Shown one piece after another: positions 13,469-25,355 of a DNA stretch of 64,000 bases. The position numbers and the translations under genes are program-made. Every line of letters begins with the position of its first letter. Within the stretch, counting starts at the first letter, position 1. The DNA is from Lama guanicoe (Eukaryota): the NCBI GenBank assembly GCA_013239625.1, contig MU056573.1, forward strand, positions 6,418,552 to 6,482,551, in the 5' to 3' direction. Below the pieces are notes generated by a model. It was not told the origin of the DNA, did not search any database, and was given only the letters and a program-made list of their open reading frames with translations.

Positions 13469-13999
13469 GTAGTCATCAAAGTCTTAATCTGAGCAGTTGA
13501 AAGCTTAGAATTGAAGCAGAGTTTTGGCCAAACTCACTTAGAAAGCTGGACCATGACAAATTATTCTCCCAGAAAGCAGTGCCAAGTCCTGCTGCTGATG
13601 GAGCATCTTGTGACTGTGATTGGATTTTTCCTCCCTCCAGCTTATGCAGATTATATGCCTCCTCTGTGAACTCCTTAACCCTGACTATTTAATTCTTGAC
13701 CAAGAGCCAACTTTAATTCCCTGTCCTTGACAAAAACCCCTCCCCATATTGCCAGCCCACAAGGCCCTCATAATTTTCAGAAGACTTACAGCACCCTCTT
13801 AAAAATCGTATTCCATTTTGTGCATTTTTTATGAGCCAACCACTGGCTTAGGAAATGAGCATCAAACATAAAGTTCTTTGAACTAACATTTATTCAGCAT
13901 TTTTTGAACCAGGCTATGGTAAGCATTTTGCAACATTAATACTCATTAATTCCCACGCAAAACCATTCTCTATTTATATTTTATTTATTTTTACTTAAC

Positions 14000-14230
14000 A
14001 AATATTTTCACAGCATGTAATATGTGCCAGGCCCTGGTCTAAGGACTATACAAATATTAATTCATTTCATCCTCACAACAAACCCAAGAGGTAGGTAGTT
14101 TATTGTCCTTACTGGATGGTTTGGGAAACTGAGGCAAAGACAAGTTATCTGCTCAAAACCACAGGATAACAAATGACAGGTCAGAACTTGGGCCCAGGTG
14201 ATGGAACTGTGGGGTCTCCATTCTCAACCA
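14000..14230 (-). mobile_element. MIR SINE
   Basis: tatgtgccagg...tcctcacaaca...ggaaactgaggca. Confidence 0.75.
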
Positions 14231-16320
14231 TCATTCTCTGCAAGCTCCCAACTGCTATCAGGCAGCTGTGATTACTCCCTCCGGTGTCACCGGGCACAAC
14301 TCTGGACTCATAGGTTAGTGTGGCTAGGGTCACACAGTTAGTTCAGATATTCAACATTAAATATTTACAGTGTCTCATAAATGTCAGGCTCTGGGCCGAG
14401 TTCTAAGATACAAAATGTTTAAACCGACTTGCCCTCAGGGAGTTTACAATGCAGCTAATTTGTGGGCAACGTGGGATTTAGATTTAAGTGTTTCTGACTC
14501 CAACATGTAGGACCTTTCCATGATCCCATCCTAACAGAGTTACAGCAAACTGTTTGAGTTCAGACAGGAACCCTCAACAAACATGATAGAGGTGGGCCAG
14601 CTCTGAAAGGCTTCGCTGAGGAAGAAACCACCACTTTCCACTTTTACTGTTATTTAAATGATTAAATGTTTCACATGTACATATTCCCTTTCTCACTCAC
14701 TGCACTCTCCTTGAGGATTGAGCCTCTAATTTAATATTGTCCATAGTGTTTGGGACAGTCCTACACACAGTGTCAGGGTCCAATAAAGGGATCTTGAATG
14801 AGTTCTGATTGGCTGAGCTCTTAAAACAGCGAACGAAGCTGGCAGAATCAGTTTTGCTAGGTTTAAGATTTCTTCAAGCTTCTTCAGCCTTGAACACTTA
14901 ATTACCATGGCAGACATACACTAGCTTTTCCTGGCTCCTTGGGGACTGTGACTCAAAGACTGAAGGCCATAAAACCAGGAGGTGTTCTGAATAGCCTCCT
15001 TACCACATGGCCCAGGTCCTATGCGCGTCCAGATTCAATATTGTCCTCCCTAGGGAACCTCACAGCCCCATCCGCCGCTACCAAGCCCTCCGGAATGAGG
15101 AGTCCTGACTTGGTGACCACAAATTGTCTCGTGTTTATACTGCCAAAATAGGCAAGCTGAATTCTCCCATTTTTTTCAGCAGTGCAATGGGAAACACCCA
15201 GGGCCTTGGTCCTTGGAAACGATGAAAAACCAATCCAAATGTATACAGAGCAAACACCACTGTTTGTCGTGCTGTCTTGTTTGTTTTGGGGGAATGTGGA
15301 TTTATTAATAATAAAGTTTCTCCATGTGGTAGGCACATCTGGGTCACAAAGTATCAGTCACAGACCGTAACTTGGGAAAAAACCTATTAAGTCACCGAGA
15401 CCTGTATCTGCCAAGGCTGTGGGCTACGTTTCTGCCTTTTGAGTTTTAATAGCATTTCAAAATAAAAGATGAGATGTTAGGTGTGATCTCTCACCTGTGA
15501 TTCAGAATTATTATTAACGATGGTGCTCATGATGGGAAAACGCAAACAAAACATCCCCAAAGTTTCAAGTCCTCAAAGTTTCAACAACTCCCAACCCTGA
15601 GTAGGCTGTTCCCCTAAATCTACACATAAAGAAACGGGCTAGTAGACTTCAATTAACAGAAGCATGTGACATCTTCTGCAGAGACTCGTGGGCAAAGGAA
15701 CAAAATCTACATTTATTTATTTAGCACTTATTTATTTAACCTTCTGGCTGGGTTGGGTGGTTGGATTTGGTTTTACATCCTGAATTATAAAATTTATGAT
15801 GGGAACGTGTGTCAGCTGTTTGCCGAAGGAAAGAAAGACCTCTGTTCTTTGTCTTCTCTCGTAATACAGCCAAGCAGCCTACATGTTTATTTAGAGAAGT
15901 TAAAATATGAGAAGAGCAAGAGCATGACTCCAGCTGGGCTTCCTCTTCTACGATTATACCCCAGGCCGGCTCCTGGTACCTCCCGCCTGGACCACTGCGC
16001 AGCCCTTCTCCTCTCAAACCCCTCCAACCCACCTGACCAACTGTTACCAGAATCAGAATCAGCTAAGCCTTTCTGCATGCTGAGCACATGCCTACTCCGT
16101 GCAGAGTGTGATCAAACACGTATCCTACACTTAATTTTATTCTCACAACTGTTGTGTGACGTAAGGGAGGGTCCAGTGTGAACAGCAGCCAAGGGCATGG
16201 ACTCAGGGTCAGGCAGAAAGAGTGAAATGAAGCTCAACAAAGCAGCGGAGCTAGGACCGAAAAACCAATTCAAATGTACGCCGAGCAAACACCACTGTCT
16301 GCCGTGCTGGCTAAAGCTCC

Positions 16321-16446
16321 CCAGCTTCATTGAGGTGAAACTGACATACAACATTGTGCAAGTCCACGGCGAACCAGGTGATGAGCTGATATGTGTATGT
16401 TGTGAAATGATCACCACAGTAAGGTTAGTCCAACACATCCATCACT
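16321..16446 (-). mobile_element. L1MA-like 3' terminal fragment
   Basis: cagcttcattgaggtgaaactgacatacaacattgtg...gtgaaatgatcaccacagtaaggttagt. Confidence 0.7.
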
Positions 16447-16539
16447 TTTCTACTTCTTAATGGAGACTCTGAGAAAGTCCATGGCCTCATCAGTAAAGCA
16501 GGAATAAGAGCAGTACCTACTTCATAGAGTTGGTTTGGT

Positions 16540-17122
16540 TTTCAGATAATTTTATTGAGGCTTATTTTGCATATCACATCCTTCACCTTTTTCGAATGTG
16601 CAATTCAGTGACTTTTCGCAGATTCACTAAGTTGTGCAACCATCACCGTCAAACAGCTTAGAAACATTTTTACCACTCTGATATGATCCCACATGAACTT
16701 CACTGTTAATCCGTCTCCTGCCCCTGCCCTACCTTTTGTCTTTTTAGCTTTGCTTTTTCTGACTATTTCATGTAAATAAAATACAATTCATGGTATCACA
16801 CAATACATAGTATCTCATGTCTAGTTTCTTTCACTGAGGATACTTCGAGTTTCGGCTACATCATATGTAGCGGGTATCCTTAGTTTGTTCCTTTCTGCTG
16901 CTGAATAACATTTCATGGTATGGAAGGAGCACATTTTGTCCATCCATTCACCAGTTCATGGACAGTCAGGTTGTTTCTACTTTGGGGCTATTATCAATAA
17001 TGCTGCTAAGAACGTTTATGTTCAAAACTTTGTATGGATATGCATGTCTTCAGTTCTCTTGTGTAGATACCTACGAGTGGGATTGGTGGGCCATGTGGTA
17101 AACTTCTGTTTAACTTTTTAAG
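16540..17122 (-). mobile_element. Old L1 (L1MB-like) 3' end
   Basis: ttttattgagg...gttgtgcaaccatcacc...tccattcaccagttcatggaca...ttggggctattatcaataatgctgct match an antisense L1M 3' end. Confidence 0.85.
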
Positions 17123-18449
17123 AGCTTCTAGAAAGTCGTTTTGAGGCTTACATTATCTAGAAAGGGTCTAACCCAATGCTACCCAGGGAGTAAGGATAAT
17201 GAAAACTGTTGTGGTGGTTGTTGCCACTGCTCTTTCAAGGCTTCCTTTTGCTTACCAAGTAGGTGAGGAGACAAAAATAAAGCTCAGAGAGGGTTACCAA
17301 CTTGCTCAAGATCACACAGCTAGTCAATGGATGAGCTGGAATTCTGTCCCATGATTTCTGACTCCCAGCCTGGCACTGTTTCCTGCCATCATAGCAAACC
17401 CACAGTAACCAATTATCCCCATCAGCGCAGTTCTGACAACATGCTCCCCTGCAGAACAAACATCAGTGGCTCCGTGCTGTGTATAAAATAAATTTTCAAC
17501 TTGTGGGCTAGGTATACAAAGCCCCCTATCATTTTCCCACCAACCTTTCCTGTGTCCTCTGCCACCACATACCCCCACCCTATCCTCCCTTCATGTAACC
17601 CTGAGGAGGACTTCCGTTCCAATAACTCGGCCCACGCTCTCTGGGCCACGATACCGTTGTTTGAGCCTGCTCTGCTTTCTCGAACTGTTTCTCACTTCTG
17701 CCTTATGAAATCTTACCCCTTCTCCAAGGCAGAGTTCCAATTAGATCTCCCGTACCTTCTTCATTCTAGCGGCTCTGGACAAAATTAACCCGTGTTCTCC
17801 TAATCCACTTAGTTATAATAGGTACTCAATGAGCCCACTGACTTAAGCTGAAATGACTGAAAGAAACTCAGCGGTGTAATGAATGACCTAGATTTGGGAA
17901 ACACTCATTTTTAAAAACTCAATAAACACTCACTTGCAAAACTCCTGGGTATAGCACAGTGCAGAGCGCTATTTGTACATACATAATAACACACACACAC
18001 ACATACATACGTAAGGCAGAAGGCTGCTCCTAAGCCCCTGCCTTCCTCTGTGTGTCCAGAGCACTGAGGTTTCAGGCAAATTCTCATCATACGCTGTTGT
18101 CTAACCATTTGTGTTTGTCGGACTGTGAGCTCCTCCAGAGAAGAATCTGTGCCTTATCCACTCCTGTATACCCATCACTGAGCACAATGCCCGATCCCCG
18201 TAATGGTGAGCACTCACTGGGTGCTTTTAGAATGGATGAATGAATGAATGAATGAATGAGGTGGTGAGTGAATAAGAGAATCAGGAGCTCTCTCTCCATC
18301 TGACACAGAGAGCCCATCAAAGTAGGTAGTACTCTCTTGTCGGACTTCAGAGTTCTAGAAGAGGGTTCTCCTTTAAGAAAGACTCTTATCTTCTCACGGG
18401 CCTACTGTTAACCCCGCTTCTTCCAGATGGCTCACCTGATTAAGACAAT

Positions 18450-18452
<3 letters not shown>

Positions 18453-18512
<60 letters not shown>
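18453..18512. repeat. Compound microsatellite (TG)n(TA)n
   Basis: Read directly. Confidence 0.97.
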
Positions 18513-18517
<5 letters not shown>

Positions 18518-19610
18518 TTCCTCCCAATTCCTTCCTTAACCATTTCTAAACAAGGGCCACAAAAAATGGAATATTTAAAGAAAAAATAATCCCCAAATTA
18601 TATAAGCTCTAAGACATGGTGTTTTTTTTTTCTGTGTAGGTTGTTGGATTCTACCAAAGCAGCGAGCTTTGCACACAGTACAGGCATTGTAAATAGTTGT
18701 TGAATAATTGGACCCAACAAACATTTATGAAGTGCCAATGGACAAGACCCAGCTGTAACCTTCCCAGACTCCTGGCATAAGGGAGCGAACAAACATACAT
18801 AATAGTAACAAGAACAGTCATTAGGTATTCAGTCATTACTCTGCGACTGGCACTATTCTAAGGGTTTTATATGAAGTAACTCATTTAATCTCCCTAACAA
18901 CTCTAAGAGGAAGGTATTAGAGAGGAAGAAAATTAGGATGAAGAACTCGAGGGATGAAGGAGATTTAAGAAGTCATTAGCCTAAAAAGTGTTAGAACTGG
19001 GATCTAAACCCAGGCATTCTGGCTCCAGAATCTCCCTGGGAGAATGCTTTTGAGCTTAGGTGAGGGACCACATCCCTTTCATTTTTATTTCCTCAGCGTT
19101 CATAAGGACTCGATGACTGTTTGCTGTTGAGCTGTGCCAAATGCGGCTGGCAGGAATTAGGAAAAAAATAAAGATACACTTGTTATGCAGCAATAATGTA
19201 GCCAATGTCTGGGTGGGGCGGGGGGAAAGAAACCCAGGTTTTGCAGCCAAACCCATGAGACCTGGGCTTGACCTCCAGCTTCACCAGTAACTAGCTCAGG
19301 GGCTATTTCTTTTCTGACAAAAAATTATCCGCCCGCCACCCACACGCCACCATTTCTGGGCCAAGAGCCATTTTGGAAGTTTGAAGGTTCCGTAAGATTG
19401 GATTCTGGACTCAAAGACTCCAAATCACTCAAAATAAAAATGACGAAATCTGAGGTGAAGTGATTTCCCTCAGGTCACACACCTGGTTGGTACCGGTGCT
19501 AAAATGCAGTTTCCTGAGTTCTAGCCCAGTGCTCTTTCATTTAAGTCACACAGTTTCACTTGAGGTAGGGAAGTCCAACCAAACACTGTAAGAGGCAAAT
19601 TATTCACAAC

Positions 19611-19620
19611 GGGACTTTCC
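19611..19620 (+). promoter_or_regulatory. Canonical NF-kB motif GGGACTTTCC
   Basis: Exact consensus; AP-1 TGAGTCA nearby at 19743-19749. Function not demonstrated. Confidence 0.4.
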
Positions 19621-20154
19621 AGAGCCAGCCTAGAATTGGACAGCCACCTCCCTGTGTTGGGGCGAGGCACGCCCCGGTTTCAACTTCAGGTCTGAAATCT
19701 AACTCACTGTGATGTCAGAGGCCGGGGATATCTTTTCAGCAGTGAGTCATGCTCTGGAGATGAGCCTCCCACCGCTCTGATCTGTCCTAAAAATTCTCCC
19801 TTGCCTCCTTTCTCTGCCAGGATGGCCTACGCAATCTCCCAAAGAAACACCTTTCAGTGAAGAGGACTGACTCCTAGAAGAAAGGAAGGCACCATCACCC
19901 CTCCCGAGGGGAGGCAAGGGCTTGAGTGACGTTTTCTAGATTGCCTCTCATTCTAGGATCCAGAGAAAAGAACAGATTAAATGTGGCGCAGGAACAAGAG
20001 GGTATTGTCTAGGGAAATCTGAACATGACATGGAGCAGCGGAGGTACATGTCATCCCCCCGAGGGGGGATGTACCTCTAATGCGGGTCCTTGGTGACACC
20101 ATCCACAGCACTTGTACCTGCCTGACGGCACAGGGGGCTCGTGCCACGCGTGCA

Positions 20155-20420
20155 GGTTCTGGAGTCAAACAAGCCAGCCTTCAAATCCTATCTCTGTTAC
20201 TTGCTATACTTGAGTGCTTTTTTTTTTTTTTTTTGCTTTTTAAAAAATCACTAGTTACACTCACTGAGGCATGATTTCATTGGTTAGAAAAAGGGATCAT
20301 AATATGGACTTCCTAAAGGGATACTGATGATGAAACGCGATCTCACATGCAGAGCTCCTAGTAGCTGTTAACATCCTAGGACCGCTACGGTACTTGGGGT
20401 CCAATAGGATGTTAACAGTT
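20155..20420 (+). mobile_element. MIR SINE (degenerate, with an internal T-tract and a terminal fold-back)
   Basis: tctggagtcaaacaagccagccttcaaatcct...ctgttacttgct...aaaagggatcataata. Confidence 0.6.
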
Positions 20421-22038
20421 CTCCTCTGTCTCTTATTTTTTGCAATTTTTTTTTTGTAATTCAATTTGTAATCGAAATAAATACTTTATGGAGAGCTCTT
20501 TGGAAACAAACACTTTGGGGGCAGTGTGGAGCTGAAACTAATTGATCAACATTGTTCAATTCTATATACTCATAATGCAGAAAAAAAATCTCAGAACTGA
20601 GTCCACTGTTCCTCTGAATGACAGAATCCAAGTTTAACTCTCTACGTCTATCCAGGCAAGTGCTCTTCCAACAGGGGAATGCAGAATTAGCCACTTCCCA
20701 GAGAAACCCATTCTCTTTTCTGCCAAATCTAATGGGTCAAATGGCTCACTGATACAATAATCTCTTACAAATTTCACGCATTGTAACCTGCCTTTGCTTT
20801 CTGCCCTGGTAGCACAGAATGGTAAGAAAGAAAACTGTTCCCTGTCAAAGACTGAAATGAATTCCCTCCACAGAAACTTGAGGAGTTGGGGGTGGGGGTT
20901 TATAAGGAATTCCTCCAAGAAAATGAGGAAACGGAAGAGACACACAGTCAGTGCTGCAGAAACAGAGGAGGGAGAGGTTAAGTGTTTCTAGCCTTTGAGT
21001 AAAACAAGTTCCTCAAGACGTGAAGAAAAGGTAATATTTGGGGGAAAAGAACCTGGTGAGATGCTAATTCCTTAAACTCCAGAAAGTATCAACAGGTTAG
21101 TCATCCACTGAGAGCAATTCGTTATCAAAAGATAAATGAGAGTAAGGAGGAAATTGCACCTTGAAGGCAGGATCATAGGTCTGAGGTGTTCCAGACCAGA
21201 GCCACATGCCTTAAGGATTAAAATCTCCGGATCCGACTGAGATGCAGCGGTGAGAGCAGAGGCTCGGACCTGGGGTGAACACGGGGCTAGGAATGCGGCG
21301 CGGAGACGTGCCTGGTGCGGAAGCGCTGGCCCCGGGGCTGGAGGCCTCAGCGCCGAATGAGTGTTTTCTCAGTGACAGGAGCACAGGACTCAGACGGGAC
21401 ACGGAGATAAGGTTTTAAAATACACGTTTGAGAAGGAAGGAGTCTCAGGAGAGACCTGGAGAAGAGGGGTGACATTCAAATTTTCAAATTGTGTAAGAAG
21501 ATATGGCTGTTTCAAACCCCATTCTGCAGAAGAAATGATATACTTAAGGAGGATTTCCACCTTGCTCTTCCCCCCGCCCCCACCGGAGACACTTCATCTC
21601 TTTTTGAGATATTTCTCCCAATTAAGTCTAAGATCACTGGCTGTGGCTTCCAGACATGGGGCACAAACTGACTGGTGTTCTTGTCAGCTTGGTGAAGCCC
21701 AAGATTTTCTCTTTTCTCTCACAGCCTCTCGGTAGAGAGAATGGTGATGTGGCGTCAGCCACATTTAGTAGGTGTGCCACCGCTAAATGCCTGACTCCTT
21801 CTGGGTTCAAAATCCCGACGCCTTGTACTTCTGGTCTTTTAAACCATCATATTGTTTTCCAAACAAATCTGTGAGCTGAGAGGAATGGTTATTTTACTGT
21901 TTTGAAGGAAAGTCTCGGTTAGTCAGAAGGAGTATAAAGAGTTTTATTTCCCTGGGTCTTATATACTTTATTTGTAATAGAGCTGGGCGTAATTCTGGTT
22001 TGTTTCCCGAGATATTTTTTTGCTTGTTGGCTGGTCCT

Positions 22039-22433
22039 TGTGATGCTGAGTGCTATGTGTCAACTTGGCGAGGCTATGGAACCAGCTGTTCAATCAGCAC
22101 TGACCTAGATGTTGCTGTGAAGGTATTTTGTGGATGTGGCTAACATCTACAATCAGTGGAATTTAAGTAAAAGAGATGACTTCTGATAACGTTGGTGAGC
22201 CTCATCTAATCAGTTGAAGGTCTTAAGAGCAAAAACTGAGGTTTCTTGGTAAAGAACAGACTCTGCCTCAAAACTGAAGAATTAGTTCTTGCTTGAGTTT
22301 CCGGTCTGCTCTACGGATTTCAAACTTGGCAGCTCCCACAATTACATGAGCCAAATCCTTAAAATAAATCATATATATATATAAATATATTCTCCTGCTG
22401 GTTCTGTTTCTCTGGAGAATCCTAGCTGATATG
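22039..22433 (+). mobile_element. MLT2 (ERVL) solo LTR, MLT2D-like
   Basis: Starts tgtgatg...tatgtgtcaacttg; contains ctagatgttgctgtgaaggtatttt and an internal (AT)n; ends ggttctgtttctctggagaatcct. Near-perfect 5-bp TSD gtcct/gtccc. Confidence 0.88.
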
Positions 22434-22739
22434 GTCCCTGTTTTCATACAGCTTTTCATCTAGAGTCTTATTTCCAGATGGTGCACAATCAAGATCAGAT
22501 TCTGTGTCTTATTTACATTAGTACTTCCTCTCCCCACGGGCTCGGTGACAGGCCGTAATAAAAAAAAATTAGCATGAACAAATGAATGATGTAGGACGTA
22601 CTCATGCCCATGGCATAAAGAACTATGATGCTTTTAAAAAGCAACGCAGGACATGCAGAGTCCAATATAATGTAAATAGAGTGGGCAGTTGTGACAATAG
22701 GCAGGACTAATTGAAAGAGGCTTTCCACTGGTAAGTTTT

Positions 22740-22859
22740 TTTTTGAGGGGGGCAGTAATTAGGTTTACTTGTTTATTTTTTGGAGGAGGTACTGGGGTTT
22801 GAACCCAGGACCTTGTGCATGCTATGCATACACTCTACCACTTGAGCTAAACCCTCCCC
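22740..22859 (-). mobile_element. Vic-1-type camelid tRNA-derived SINE with target-site duplication
   Basis: Minus strand reads GGGGAGGGTTTAGCTCAAGTGGTAGAG (A box)...GGTTCAAACCCC (B box)...AAACCTAATTACTGCCCCCCC then poly(A). TSD tccactggtaagtttt (22724-22739) / tccattggtaagtttt (22862-22877). Confidence 0.88.
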
Positions 22860-23904
22860 TCTCCATTGGTAAGTTTTGAGTCAGATTAAGAGGACCACAG
22901 GGAAGGTGGTTTGGAAGCACGAGGAGTGTGGAGAGAAGGGTACATCAGAGGGAGGCTTAGAAATGATCTGTGGGTGAAGAAAGTCAGGCTGGTCAAACCT
23001 GCCATGAGAGAGGAAGAAATAATGGAAAACCAGGTCAGTGAGGACAGAGGCCCATTGTGTTGACAGGAAGCGTGACAAGAACCCTTATTTTCCCCTGGGA
23101 TAAAAAAGTAACACCAGCGTGCACACGCACGCACGCATGCAGGAACGCGTGCACGCACGAGGCGTGCAGCTGGCAAGTTTAGAGAGCTGAAGGATTCCCT
23201 GTTTGTCAGGGCAGATGCTCTGCCTGGAGATGTAAAGGATCTGAGTGCCTAAGACTGCCCAGCTGTACAAACATGCAAAAAGCCTCTCTCCATGCTGATG
23301 CGCCACACTTGAGGTGTTTGTTCACTTCCTAGGACCGAGCCTCTGTTAGCTGGGGGCCCAATTAGCGTTGCAGGGATGAAAAGGAAACGCCAGGGTCACG
23401 TTCCTGGTAGGAAGCCTGGCTCTTCGGTGGGACAGTCCTTGCAGAGCCAGCACACAGAGAGCTCCCGAGGGGCAGCCTCGCCTTTGCCTTCAGAGAGAGT
23501 CACGCAGCCTAAGAAAAAGCAACAGGGCTTTCATGAGCCCAGCTTTTTTTTGTGCAGATGGCAATCCAGATTGGCACCTCAGGTTCTGAAACAAACTTCT
23601 GTCCCGTGGACACTGTTTCAAGTTCCCAAAGCTGGAGCAGCTGGGCGAATGCAGAGTCACCGAATTTCTCTGTCCCCCATGAGCAAACTCCTCCTCCTCA
23701 GAATCTACCCCTGACTCAAGGAAGTCCGTTTTCCCCTGAGTAGAACAGCAATCTCTCTCTCCTTTGACTTACAATTCACTGTACTACCTCTTTTCTGTTG
23801 TTTCATTCTTTTTTCAACAAATATTTTTTTGAGGACCAGGCACTGAGCATACAGCTAATGGTGTAAGCAATCAAGAAAACAGGCAGTTACAATATATTTA
23901 AAAT

Positions 23905-24130
23905 ATTAGCATTTACTTAGTGCTTTCTGAGTGCCCGCCATTGTTCTAAACACTGTACATAAACTAACTTAGCTCTCATAACCATTCTATGCCAAACGCC
24001 CTATTATTATCCCCATTATACAGATTAGGAAACCAAGGCCCAGCGACACTTAATTACTCGCTTACAATCACACAGAAAGAAAAGAATGAGACCAGCACTA
24101 AACTCAGGTAGTCTGGCTCCAGAGCTTGTC
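23905..24130 (-). mobile_element. MIR SINE
   Basis: ctattattatccccattatacagattaggaaaccaaggcccag...gtctggctccagagc. Confidence 0.8.
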
Positions 24131-25129
24131 CTCTTCGCCGTGAAGGTAGATGGAAGGGGCGGGGGCTGAGTGTCTTGGCAGAGGAGGCGCAGATGCCGGG
24201 GAGCACACACGAGGCGCAGGTAACCCAGACTGTGGCTGAGGGAGGAGCGCTGCGCTTAAAATTTAAATCAGATCATGTCACTCCCCTTCTCAAAATCCTT
24301 TAATGCCTGCCCAACTGGATTTGAAAGAAAAGCTACACGTTCTCCCGTGGCATACGAATGCTCTGCTCCACCTGGCCTCTCTCAACCTCTCTGGTCCTGA
24401 CCCTTTCACAGTGACTTTAACAGCCCAGGTCTCTGGCGGCAGCACCTTTTGGGTGTTAGTCACTGTCTCCACCCAGCCAGCTCCTACTGAGTGTTTAGGT
24501 CTCAAGTTCAAGTCATTTATTTCCAAAGGGCTTCCCTGTGCCCTAATCTCCATAATCCCAGTAACAGCCAATGATAATAATAATTAGAGCAAACATTAAA
24601 TATTACTAAGTGGTAGGCAGTGTTCTAAATACTTTACATAGAATGACATTTGAATTTTACAACAAACCTTATGGTAAGTGTTAGGATCATTCCGCCTTTC
24701 ACAGGTAAAAAAGTGAGGCAATATTACAGCCTTCTGTACTTTTCCTCATTACGATAATCAAACATGTAATCGTGTACTGATTCATTTAGTATTTCCTGGG
24801 CTGTAAACTCCACAAGGTCTGGGTATGAATTCACTCTCTTCATCACTGTATCCCCCTGTGTCTGGCACAGTGTCTCGATGCAGCAGGCATCTGATAAATG
24901 CTCCCTGAGTAAGTGAATAATGGATGTGTATGAGACGTATTTCTCTCAAAACTTACACATTTCCCTTATTACTTACAACGAAATGGAGAGTTGACAGGAT
25001 TTACAGGAAATGCTCTATTAAACACTACTTATTAGGGCTGCAGATAACTCAGTTCCTTTGGTGCTTTCCTGCTGTGAAATTCTCACCACCCTTTCCGTTC
25101 CTTATAACACCCGAGGTTTACAGTGTGGC

Positions 25130-25355
25130 AAAGGCTGGGACAGAGGGAAGAGCCCAGGTTTTCAAGAAACACAGCTCGGTTTCAGTTCTGACTTTATCAC
25201 TTGCTAACTGTGTGGTCTTAAGTAAGCCTCATAGATCCACTCAGCCTTCCTTTCTAAATTCGTGAAACAGGGACAAGAGCATTTGCAAAACAGTTCAGTT
25301 GGGAGAGTCAGGTGAGAAACTAATGTATGCAGAGGGCCTAGCACCGTGCCTGGCA
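25130..25355 (+). mobile_element. MIR SINE
   Basis: cacttgctaactgtgtggtctt...cctagcaccgtgcctggca. Confidence 0.7.

Noticed and set aside
20365-20418. A miR-30 family gene
   Set aside because: Similarity is limited to 12 of 13 nt with the mismatch inside the seed; the rest of the hairpin is unlike miR-30 and lies in a MIR tail
22740-22859. tRNA gene
   Set aside because: The tRNA-like head is followed by a SINE tail, poly(A) and TSDs, so it is a retroposon
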